Source: the human T2T-CHM13v2.0 reference genome, Homo sapiens
Strand: one strand, 5' to 3'
NCBI RefSeq assembly: GCF_009914755.1
Contig: NC_060925.1
DNA: 64,000 nt
Positions 53,084-64,000 of the stretch are shown piece after piece. The notes beneath the pieces are model-generated. The model was not told the DNA's origin and ran no database searches. It worked only from the letters and a program-made list of their open reading frames with translations. Position 1 is the stretch's first letter. The number at the start of each line of letters is the position of its first letter. Position numbers and translations under genes: made by a program.

Positions 53084-55958
53084 CAAAATCTCTTTTACAG
53101 TTTCACTAAAAAATCTCTCATTTCTACAAGACACATGTCTAAAAAGCATCTGTTTTATGAACCTTTTGTTTGTTCCTCAAATTCTTCACACATATATCTT
53201 AGGGCATTTTTGTGTTTGTTTTAATTGTAGTCGATTATACTTTCTATGGAATCTTGTTCTTAAATTATTTGTTAGCTTATTTCAGTCTACTTAAATAACA
53301 TATTTTTAAATGCAGCATATACGAACTTTTTTTAAGTTTCTACAAATACTAAACCTGAGATGGAGTAGAATATTCTTCCTCAATGGAATACTTGTTATAA
53401 ATGTATACAAACAAATTTTAATGAGTATTTAAAATACAAACACATTTAACACTTGAATGAAATATTGATTTTATTTTCTGTGCAAAAAAGTCACTACTAA
53501 AAGTAGATACATGCTTCATTCATTGGACATATTGTTCACTCAACTTATATGATTGAGTGAATTTTTAATTTTACCATGTTATAAATGATATGTGGTGATA
53601 AACATGGGGAGACAAGTATTGCCAAAGCAATCTTTGTTTTACTCTATAGGTTAAACATATTATCAATTGGAGTCTGAATCAATTTAAGATATCATTATAA
53701 CATCATGAATTTTATAATATTCTTAATTGTTCATGCAGAATTGTAATAATGTCAAAATGTTGTGGGCTAGAAGAAAAGGTAAGAAACTATCATTGATGCT
53801 AGTGTTTTTGACTAAACAGCAGACTGTGGGATAATTTTTTAAATGGCCTGTTTTTCTTTATACATTGAGCACAGAGAAATGACTTTGCAACTCAGGAAAT
53901 ATTAAAGTCAGTCCGCCATGTCATATTACATGTCACATCATAGTACCCAGCAGAACTCTTTCAGTCACACTGAAGAATCCATTACAGAACTAGAGGCACA
54001 ACTTAATTCCATTTAACAAATGTGTGCTGAGATTTTAATATGAACAAATTAAGGGAATTGTTGCGCTGTTGGGAACAAGTTGTAGACAGCTTGGGTTCCA
54101 CTTAGGTAGGATGGAGAGCAAAAAGTTTATGCCTTTTCTGTGGTTTCCAAGGTGATTGATTATCTGACCATATTTTCCAGTATTCTCAAGGTGCTGGATT
54201 ACCGGCTCTAAAACCACTCAAAATAACCTATTTCCTTCTCTCCTTATTTTGTTTGAAGAGTCTTTTCTAATCCCCCCAAAACTCTCTATGATACACTTAT
54301 TAAATGTAAACACAAAGAATAAACCCTACAGAGTGCTTTGTTATCTGAATTTGCCTTGGACCTTTGCCCTTCAGAATATTAAAAAGGATTCCAATCAAGA
54401 TCATAATGTTTCAAGTCATATTTAGAGACAATTTGGTAGGGTGGCTTTGAAGAGAATAGATAGGCTGATCAGCTGTTTGCCAAATATTCATACCAATTGC
54501 TTATTAAATTAAAACCTAATGTATCAATTTTGTATTTAAGATCTTGTCTCCCAATATTCTTCCTTCTGTCAAACTCTTTACAAACCCAGGAAGAGACTTT
54601 CTCCTTTCCAAACCTCTGTCATATTATTTCCTTCACGAAAATTTTCGCCTACCACCGTGTCTTCTAAAATCTAGATATCCACATTTATAAAGTGTGGCCT
54701 AATTTCTATCTTTTATGCCAAACCACCCTTATCTTTGATGAGCTCCCTTTGGTGCCAGGCTAAGTTGGCACATATCTTAGCGCTTCTTTTCTGAGTCCAA
54801 AATGCAGATCTGATCATGTCATTTCCCTTGACATACTTTATAAGTTTTACATTAATTTGCTCTTGTTTGTTTTGGAAGCCGTGTCTTATGCTTCTAATTT
54901 GTGACAATGAGTGCAGACATTAATGGAACATCAAAACTATCACATAAAAATTACTACATGTAGAATTAACATAGTATGATATAAGCAGTGAGTGAGTGGT
55001 TATAGCTGACCCTGAGTGAGTATCTCTAAGATGTCTCCCAATGATCCCCACCTCATAGTATTCATGCCCTTATACAATGCCCCTCCTTGAATGTGAGCTG
55101 GACTTATGGACTAACTTTTAATAAACAGAGTACGGCAAAAATGATGGGATACCACTTCTGAGATTAGGTTACAAAAAGACTGTGGCTCTGTCTTAGGCTA
55201 TCTCTCTTGCTCTTTTTCTATGCTCACTTTTAGGAGAGCCAGTTATGGAGAGGCATACATGGTAAGGTCTCTGGCCAACCACCAGTGAGGACCTGAAACC
55301 TGACAATAGCCACATGAGTGAGCTTGTAAGAGGATTCTTCTCTAGCCAGATACTGAGATGACTGCAGTCCTGACCAACAGCTTGGTTGTAGTTTTGAGAG
55401 ACAGTGACCCAGAGGCATCCAGTTAGCTGTGCCTGGATTCCTGATTCACAGAAACTACAGATAGTGTTTGTTATTTTAAGCTACTATGTTTTTCAGTGTT
55501 TGTTATATAACAATAGATAACTAATTCATATTTGGGTACCTGATGTTGGAATGCTAACATAACAAATATCAAAAATGTAAGAGTACCTTTGGACTGAGGG
55601 GAGAGTATTGAGAAGTGTTTTAATAAAAGCTTCAAATGTCTTGAACACACTATTCATAGAATTTTAGGCATTAAGAATGCTGCAGGTGAGGGCTTGCATA
55701 AAAGTGAGGAAAATCTTATTGAAAAGTTAAGGGAAGCAGATACTTGGTATGTGTTGGCAGAATATTTAGCAACATTGCTGTAAGAAGTTATACATAATGT
55801 AGAAAGTATGCCTAAAGAACTGTGATGAGTGATGTGGTTAAGGACATTTTGAAAATACATGTTGAAGATGCCACCTGGTTTCTTCTTGCTACTTACAGTA
55901 ATATGCAAGATGAGAGAGCTAGAGGGGAGGACTAGTAAACAAAAAAGAGCTGGGACTT

Positions 55959-56250
55959 GGCTGGGCGCGGTGGCTCACGCCTGTAATCCCAGCACTTTGG
56001 GAGGCCAAGGCGGGCGGATCACAAGGCCAGATCAAGACCATCCTGGCTAACAAGATGAAACCCCGTCTCTACTAAAAATACAAAAAAATTAGCCTGGCAT
56101 GGTGGTGGGCGCTTGTAATCCCAGCTACTTGGGAGGCTGAGGCAGGAGAATTGCTTGAACCCAGGAAGTGAGGTTGCAGTGAGCTGAGATCATGCCACTG
56201 CACTCCAGCCTGGGCAACAGAGCAAGACTCCGTCTCAAAAAAAATAAAAT
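55959..56250 (+). mobile_element. AluS (Sc-like) nested in MLT1F-int
   Basis: Full dimer; TSD aaaagagctgggactt / aaaaaagccaggactt. Confidence 0.93.
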
Positions 56251-56535
56251 AAAAAAAAGCCAGGACTTGATGGCTATGAGGATTCTTAGCCTCTCTACAC
56301 AGCAAATGATGTTAAAAATAAAGAAATGGCTTCTGAGCTAACATGAAATCCATGGTTCTGACAGAAAATGGTGATGTAACAATGAAGCTGATAATGTGAC
56401 TCTGAAACTTTTGTTAAGACCTCAGAAAGATCAAAGGTTTTGCTCAGTGTACTACTCAGTCACACAAAAGGCCATTAGAGAGACTAAATATGTGCCTCAC
56501 AGATTCTTTCAATTAAACAACAGGGTCACCAGGAA

Positions 56536-57151
56536 TTTTTTTAAATTTTACTTTAACTTCTAGGTTATGTGTGCTGAACGTGCAGGTTTGTTACAAAGGT
56601 ATACTTGTGCCATGGTGGTTTGCTGCACCTATTAACCCATCATCTATGTTTCAATCCCCACATGCATTACGTATTTGTCCTAATGCTCTCCCTCCCCTTT
56701 TCCCCGATCCCCTGACAGGCCCCGGTGTGTGATGTCCCCCTCCCTGTGTCCCTGTGTCCATGTGTTCTCATTGTTCAGTTATGAGTGAGACCACATGGTG
56801 TTTGGTTTTCTGTTCCTGTGTTAGTTTGCTCTGTTAGTTTGATGGTTTCCAGCTTCATCCATGTCCCTGCAAAGGACATGAACTCATTCTTTTTTTATGG
56901 CTGTGTAGTATTCCATTGTGTATATAAGCCACATTTTCTTTATCCAGTCTATCATTGATGGGCATTTAAATTGGTTCCAAGTCTTTGCGATTGCAAATAG
57001 CAATAAACATACATCTGCATGTGTCTTTCTAGTAGAATGATTTATAATCCTTTGGGTATATACCCAGTAATGGGATTGCTGAGTCAAATGGAATTTCTGG
57101 TTCTAGATCCTTGAAGAATTGCCACACTGTCTTCCACAATGATTGAACTAA
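56536..57151 (-). mobile_element. L1PA (PA7/PA8-like) 5'-truncated 3' end nested in MLT1F-int
   Basis: Antisense L1PA 3' UTR and ORF2 C-terminus; ORF 56884..57087(-) contains 'IAKTWNQFKCPSMIDWIKKMWLIYTMEYYTAIKK'. Confidence 0.92.
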
Positions 57152-58419
57152 GTTTAAGGGCATTGTCCTTCAGTCATCTTAGGAGGAGCCCAAGGTACAA
57201 GAGGGCTCACCTAGAAGGGATCTGCAGGAGTGATTTTTGAGTAAACTCCAATGAAATACACAAGTGGCTCACAAAGTTTTTCAAAGAATTACAGCAGCAG
57301 AAAAACTACTAGCATGGAGTGACAGAGACAGACAGTACACAAGGAAAAGAGGCAGTTAGACTTTCACAAGTCTACTGGCCAGAAGAGGACTGAGTAAGCT
57401 ACTCATCTGAAAACATTCTACCTTTCATGAAAAAGGAGGAATACTCACAGGATAGAGCCAAGAACCTGAAGAATTATTTTTCAGGCCTTGAAATTAATTA
57501 ATCAAGAAACTTTCAACATTTATACCTAGCTGGATTTTAGAAGTACTATATCAATGACTTATCTATGTCTCAGTTTTAAAGATTATCTGTAGTGATTATC
57601 CTATGCCTGTCTCATCACTGCATTTTAAATGTGTGTGGATGGGGGAAGCAGATATTGCCTCCATAGGTTCATATTTCTATGGATCAAGGAGAAGCATACT
57701 TACTTAGCTATACTTAACGAACTATGCTCAAGGGGCCTCATCCACATCTAGACCTGACTTAAATGATGAAATTCTAGATTTTCAACTCCCATTATGGTAG
57801 GATTAGACTTCTGAAAAACTTTGAGATGGTGTGTGTTTTGCACAGGGAGGGGACATGAATCACTGGAGATCTTTGGATAGACTGATATTGGCAGTCTTTA
57901 AGATGGTTGATCCCCACCTTCTGGTGTTCCCATCCTTATGTAATTCCTTCTTATTGTGTATTCCTTAAACTTATTGACTAGTTTCTAATGAATAAAATAC
58001 AAAAGAAGTCCTGAGTTGTCGCTTCTGAAATGTGTTTATAAAAAGACCGTGATTTCTATCTCAGGCAGCCTTTCTCCCTCTTTTGCTGGTTCACTCTGAA
58101 GATAACCAATTGCCATGTTGTAAGCAGCCCTATGAAGAGGCCCAAGTGTCAAAAAACAATATTTATCAGTGCCTAAAGGTTGTCAACAGACATATAAGTG
58201 AGCTGGGAAGTGAATCCTCCCCCAGTGGAGCTTTGAGATCACTGTGGCATTGGCTGATACTTTGATTGTAATCTTGTAGGAGACCTTGAGCCAGAGGTAT
58301 TCGGCTAAGTCATTCTAAGTTATTCCTGACCCACAGAACTTGTGATGTAATAAATGTTTGTTGTTTTAAGTCACTGAGTTATGGAATAATTTGTTGCACA
58401 GCAATATATTAATAATGCA

Positions 58420-59000
58420 GCTTACCTGAGAAAATGTTTAAGCTGAGATATACTTTATAAGGAGACATCCAAGCACACATCAAGTGAAGAGCATTCTAGA
58501 CAGTGCTTAGAGCTGATGGAAATATACTCAAATACTCACAGCACATGGTATTCAGAACCAGAAAGAAGGCCTATGTGTTTTATACACAGTGGAAGAAAGT
58601 AAAAATGGTATAAAGTGAAATTGAATAGTAGAGAGAGGACAATTTATTTAAAGTTGCAAAGGTTGTGGTCACAAATTTGGATTTATTCCAAGTTTGATGG
58701 AAAGTCAGTGATGGATTTTCTGCAGTCAAGGAATTTGTCTTAAAAATTTTACTCTTGCTGTTTTTAGAGAATACATTCTGCAGAGAGGGACGCAAGAAGG
58801 GGGACAGTTGATATAGAGATCCTTTAGAAAGCTATTACATTAGTCCTGGAGAAAGTGATGGAAACTCAGAGTGAAGTATTGGCAAAGATATTAAAAGATT
58901 TGAAATGGATTTTGGAGGTCATGCCAAGAGATCTTACCTATAGAGTGGATACGCAGAATGAATAGATAAAATGGTTGGCTAGAACTATTAGATGAAGGAC
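58420..59000 (-). mobile_element. L2 fragment
   Basis: 'gaagagcattctagacag...gaaagtcagtgatggattttctgcag...agaaagctattacattagtcctggagaaagtgatgg'. Confidence 0.65.
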
Positions 59001-61354
59001 TCATTTGATCTCATATACTCAACAGAATTGCAAGCACTTTATAGTTGCAAGCTTTGTATTATGCTCCCTTCAAAGTCACACAATTCCTAGTATAGAATGT
59101 TTTGTTGGTTATACAATAATACTTACATATGGATTAAATATATCTCATTTATTCTGATAGTCCTGGGTTTAAAGAAAAGAAACCTTCTCCGAGCTTCTGT
59201 GAGCTAATATTTCTGCCCTCAAAATAAAAATAGCTAAAAACAGAACAATTACTAAAGCACTTTTTTAACTTAAGGAATTAAAAAGTAAATAGAGATACAT
59301 AAGGATAACAAAGGTAGCTAAAGGAAAAACTGATTATGTGTATATTGGTTGGCTCCCTTAGTGAGAGTTTGGTTATAATAATTTCTTTTGACACTGCCTG
59401 GCTTCTCAAATTTGATATTTCACCCATATGTGCTGATTGGTTCTATTAATATATTGTTAGGGCTGCAGTTTCACAAAGATGCCAGGTGTTATGAGCCTGG
59501 ATAAAATAAAATTAATAAGGTCCCCCAAAGGACCATTGACTTTGTCTTAATAATCTCCATATACAGCAATTTATTTCCTCATGGTTTTCTTCAACTATTT
59601 TCAATCAAATACAGAATCTGTATTTTATAGCTTTCAGAAATTTCCACTTAAATCCATGTGTGACATTTGCCCATAATAATAATTAGCATGAGGATATCAA
59701 CATGGACTATAGGAGGGGAAAACATTTGCTACTGTGCTGGTTGAGCACTTAATCATAAGCTTTCAAGGATTCCAGTAGAATTTACATATGCACCTTGCGG
59801 TGTGAGCCTGAGTATTTTCATACGTTTCCATTTCATTTGGTGTCATCTCTTCCTAGTAATCATCACTCAGATGCTTCTCATCAAGCCTTAGATTGCAGGT
59901 TAGAGACACGATTTAGCCTGATTCATTTCTTTGGATTTTGCAACTTTTGACAAATCAGAAGCAAATTTTGTTTTCTGTCTCATCTTTAAAATAGTTATCC
60001 AAAATTCTAACGTTTATTTCTTAAATGGTGTCGTTTGAAACTTGTAATTTATTATTTCTAGTATAAGAGCAAATTATAACATCAAACTCCTTTAGAAAAC
60101 CAATCTACTTACTAACCAGAGATGACTTTCTAGTCTTTCTATTGCAGTTAGTGATCAACTTTTAATATCTCAATTAGGTTTCCAAATATGCAGTAGGTGT
60201 CCATACAGAAATTCCATTACTTTTTGTTTCAAAATGTCGTTTAGTATAGTTTTCAGCATTTTATTAACTAACTGTATGAAATCATGCTAAAAAGGTGAAA
60301 TTCAATTATTTCTGTGAATATTTTTAAGTAATCACAAAGGCTTTAGACATTCAAGTAGTGTCAAAAAACTAGAGCAGTATCATGGCAATAAAATTATTGA
60401 GAAACATTAAATGTAAAGTTCAAATTAACATCATGATGATACACCTAAGTAGTGTTTTGCCAGAAGGTAAAGTTAGGGTACTCTTAATGAGTTTTAAATG
60501 CTGCATCCTCACACCACTGTAGTATTCACCAAAGAAGAATCCAGAATTAGGTGAGTTCTTGGATCGATTGTAAGGGAATTTAATTATTGCAGCTATTCCT
60601 AATTCATTAATTTTTCATTCAATAAGCATTTGGAAACATCTATGATATATTAAGTAGTTTTGAAATACACTGAGGGATATAAATATGCATGAGCTTTAAA
60701 AACTTATATTAATAAACATAATAGATAAAAATATAAGTCCTCAACAATGAAAATGTGAAATTGTGATGAACCACAGAAAGCGGAGAGAAGCTGCTATGGT
60801 GGGATAGATAGGGTACTTAGTTATAAATTGGGGAGATAGATTTCGATATCAGGCATTTTCTCTTGCCATTTTTATCATATTTCATCTAAGTCGCCATTAA
60901 CATACCTGTAAAATTAATGTTAAAATACATAAGTTATCAATGAGCAGTGCTATCTTTATTGGCCAGATATTTTATTCACAATATATTTGATAACCCTACC
61001 AAAAACGTGTGTATTACTATCCACATTTTGCATATATATGAAGAGACAGTAGGCTATATCACCTTCTTAACTGACCACCAATAAGTGTATAAAGTAGGAT
61101 TAGCAATCAAATTTATCTGATGCTTAACCCACGCATCACCCCACACTGCAAAATATACATTAAAGTTGATAACTGCTACTGTTTTTATTTATTACGACTT
61201 TGCTTCTCTAGTTCATCTAATTTTCCACTATCAAATAGATCATTAAAGCTTTGGTTGATTGACTTGCCCATACGTTAGATTATCAAGCATTCTCACTTGT
61301 GAAGGGTCCTAAATAACTTTTTAAAATAGCACTTTGTGTAAGGAAATCCTAATT

Positions 61355-62045
61355 TCCATATATATATATATGTGGAATAAATTATATGTATAATATATAC
61401 AATTTCATATATATAATTTCTTCATATTTAAAAAAGAGAATGCTATATCATTTCAATGTTATATATTATAAAAATATAATATATAATTATATATATTTTA
61501 CATAATTTCATATAATTTCTTCATATTTAAAAAAACAGAACAGTATAAAATTTCAATGTTTTATATACAAATATGTAATATGTAATTATATATAATATAT
61601 AATATACAATTTTATAATATAAAAAAAGAATGATATATAATTTCAATGTTATATATACATAATGTAATATATAATTATATATCATATATCATATATAATT
61701 TCATATAGCTTCTTCATATTTAAAAAATAGAATGGTATTTCAATGTTATATATGTATTATATAATTTCATATATATAAAATTTATTCATATTTTAAAAAC
61801 AGAATAGTATATCATTTTAATGTGATATATAATATATATAATTTCATATATAATTTATTCATATTTAAAAAAGAATGGTATTTCAATGTTATATAATATA
61901 TGTATTATATAATTTCATATATAAAATTTATTCATATTTTAAAAACAGAATAGTATATCATTTTAATGTGATATATAATATATATAATTTCATATATAAT
62001 TTATTCATATTTAAAAAGAGAACTGTATATAATTTCAATGTAATA
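61355..62045. repeat. AT-rich minisatellite, about 8 units of 72-100 bp, with a ~146-bp higher-order dimer
   Basis: Recurring 'ttcatattt(t)aaaaa..agaa...tttcaatgtt'; units at 61785 and 61931 are identical over 73 bp. Confidence 0.93.
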
Positions 62046-62955
62046 AATAATTGCTTTCCATGTCTTAAGCTTTTGATTAAGTAAAAGTTCATGGTATTCT
62101 TTTCTATCAAAAAAAAAATTTTCCCAAGCTGTATTCTTACTGTTTTAACAGTGTTGGTAATGGTTATATTTCTAGTTCCTTAACATGACTGTTAAACTCA
62201 TTCTGCAGATACTCTACCTTGATTCTTTTGTTCCCAAAGTTAATTAACTATGATATCTTAATCTTTTGTTGTTAGGTTTTATTTTCAAACTTTTAACCTA
62301 TGAATTATTTAGTACCAACATCCCCGTATCTTTTTAACTTTGAAATATCTAACTAAAACCAGTTCCTTAATTCTAATATTTCCCATGGAAAATTCATCAT
62401 GACAGTTGTATTTTACCCTGAATACAAAAGACTCCAGCTCACATTTATACATGTTCACTTTTAGGCCACAAGACCTCTTTTACTTTATGATATTTTATTC
62501 AATTTGTCATTTTTTTTTTCAGGAGAATAGTATACTTATTGAATTCTTATTGTTCATTTTGACAACTTTTACAAGAGAGTAAGAAATATAGTGAATGTTG
62601 ATTATACCATCATTTATCATTTTCATTACTTTCTTGTGGATCTCACCCATAATTCAGACTCTCTTTCCAAACTAAAATATACTTTAAATATATCAAAACT
62701 CATTTATTTAATTATAATAAAAATATGATTTATATTTTGTAAATAAAATAGAGAATGTAAAATATTTACCTTCAATTTTATGGCCTTTCTATGAAAAATT
62801 AAAATTTAATAAAGCTACTTATTAGATCCTTTTAGATCTAATGATAGGATCTAATAAACATTAATGAAATGCATTTTCCTCTGAGTTGTATCCCTATTAG
62901 TATGGATTGATTAAAATATTCCTATGGCTGAGCTTTAATTTAGTCACAGAAGCTC

Positions 62956-63042
62956 ACTACAACTACTAAAACAGCTACAACAGCTACTACAACAGCTACA
63001 ACTACTACAACTGCTACAACTACTACAACTGCTACAACAGCA
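62956..63042. repeat. Cryptic triplet/9-mer repeat of ACT/ACA/GCT
   Basis: 29 in-phase triplets, mostly CTACAAC(T/A)(A/G) 9-mers. Confidence 0.92.
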
Positions 63043-63049
63043 AATCCTT

Positions 63050-63213
63050 AATTGTTTTTTTCTTAGGGAGATTCTACTAATTTGACTGAAAAATAGATCC
63101 CACAGGCAAATACGTTTGGCAAATGCTGCCTGTTCTGCAGCTCCCTCTAGGAGATTTATAACGTGTATTTGAACAGCCCAGGCTCTAAGACATTCTGGAG
63201 TATAGAAACTTGT
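63050..63213 (+). mobile_element. MER103C-like hAT-Charlie fragment interrupted by L1
   Basis: 'caaatacgtttggcaaatgctgc...ctaggagatttataa...ggctctaagacattctggagtatagaaacttgt'. Confidence 0.6.
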
Positions 63214-63214
63214 C

Positions 63215-64000
63215 TCATGCTAAAAACTCTCAATAAATTAGGTATTGATGGGACGTATCTCAAAATAATAAGAGCTATCTATGACAAACCCACACCCAAT
63301 ATCATACTGAATGGGCAAAAACTGGAAGCATTCCCTTTGAAAGCTGGCACAAGACAGGTATGCCCTCTCTCACCACTCCTATTCAACATAGTGTTGGAAG
63401 TTCTGGCCAGGGCAATTAGGCAGGAGAAGGAAGTAAAGGGTATTCAATTAGGAAAAGAAGAAGTCAAATTGTCCCTGTTTGCAGATGACATGATTGCATA
63501 TCTAGAAAACCCCACTGTCGCAGCCCAAAATCTCCTTACGCTGATAAGCAACTTCAGCAAAGTCTCAGGATACAAAATCAATGTACAAAAATCACAAGCA
63601 TTCTTATACACCAATAACAGACAAACAGAGAGCCAAATCATGAGTGAACTCCCATTCACAAATGCTTCAAAGAGAATAAAATACTTAGGAATCCAACTTA
63701 CAAGGGACGTGAAGGACCTCTTCAAGGAGAACTACAAACCACTGCTCAAGGAAATAAAAGAGGATACAAACAAATGGAAGAACATTCCATGCTCATGGGT
63801 AGGAAGAACGAATATCATGAAAATGGCCATACTGCCCAAGGTAATTTATAGATCCAATGCCATCCCCATCAAGCTACCAATGACTTTCTTCACAGAATTG
63901 GAAAAAACTACTTTAAAGTTCATATGGAACCAAAAAAGAGCCCACATCGCCAAGTCAATCCTAAGCCAAAAGAACAAAGCTGGAGGCATCATGCTACCTG
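63215..64000 (+). mobile_element. Young L1PA (PA2/PA3-like), 5'-truncated within the ORF2 reverse transcriptase domain; continues past the window
   Basis: Frame from 63217 reads [25 protein letters not shown]...[14 protein letters not shown]...SLFADDMI (FADD at 63478-63489)...[10 protein letters not shown] with no stop in 261 codons. Confidence 0.97.

Larger units (their letters stand above)
55010..58419 (+). mobile_element. MLT1F-like MaLR provirus with both LTRs (about 55010-55528 and 57883-58419) and internal region, carrying nested Alu and L1
   Basis: Two homologous LTRs ('taagatg...gatccccacct...cttctga...aaaaagac...tttgttattttaag/tttgttgttttaag'); MLT1-int motifs between ('gggtacctga...ataacaaatatcaaaaatgt', 'gagggacatgaatcactgg'); possible TSD gctga/gctta. 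Confidence 0.85.

Noticed and set aside
61355-62045. CRISPR-like repeat-spacer array
   Set aside because: Variable parts are related AT/TA slippage sequence, not unique spacers; primate context with no cas genes.

Overview
AT-rich, CpG-poor primate (very probably human) non-coding DNA, either intergenic or deep intronic. I can support no host protein-coding exon, tRNA/rRNA/snRNA gene, CpG island or CRISPR array. The ORF-track entries are chance ORFs or derive from repeats. The window is a stratified transposon record: seven Alu/FLAM copies (one with 4 of 5 AluYa5 diagnostics), L1 pieces (including a 5'-truncated young L1PA with an open RT frame running off the right edge), many L2/MIR fragments, hAT-Charlie MITEs, solo THE1/MLT LTRs, two complete LTR-int-LTR MaLR proviruses (THE1D, MLT1F) and an ERV-L remnant with recognisable integrase and dUTPase residues. 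Structure not explained by the repeats I recognise: a ~205-bp diverged local duplication (16375/18411), a near-perfect 28-bp-arm hairpin (20734-20805), an old centred palindrome with MITE-like architecture (38698-38838), an AT-rich minisatellite with higher-order structure (61421-62045), and a G-quadruplex motif created by a 15-bp tandem duplication. I found no evidence for a new multi-gene biological system. Repeat subfamily names come from recalled consensus sequences, and boundaries of old elements are approximate; both need RepeatMasker/Dfam confirmation.
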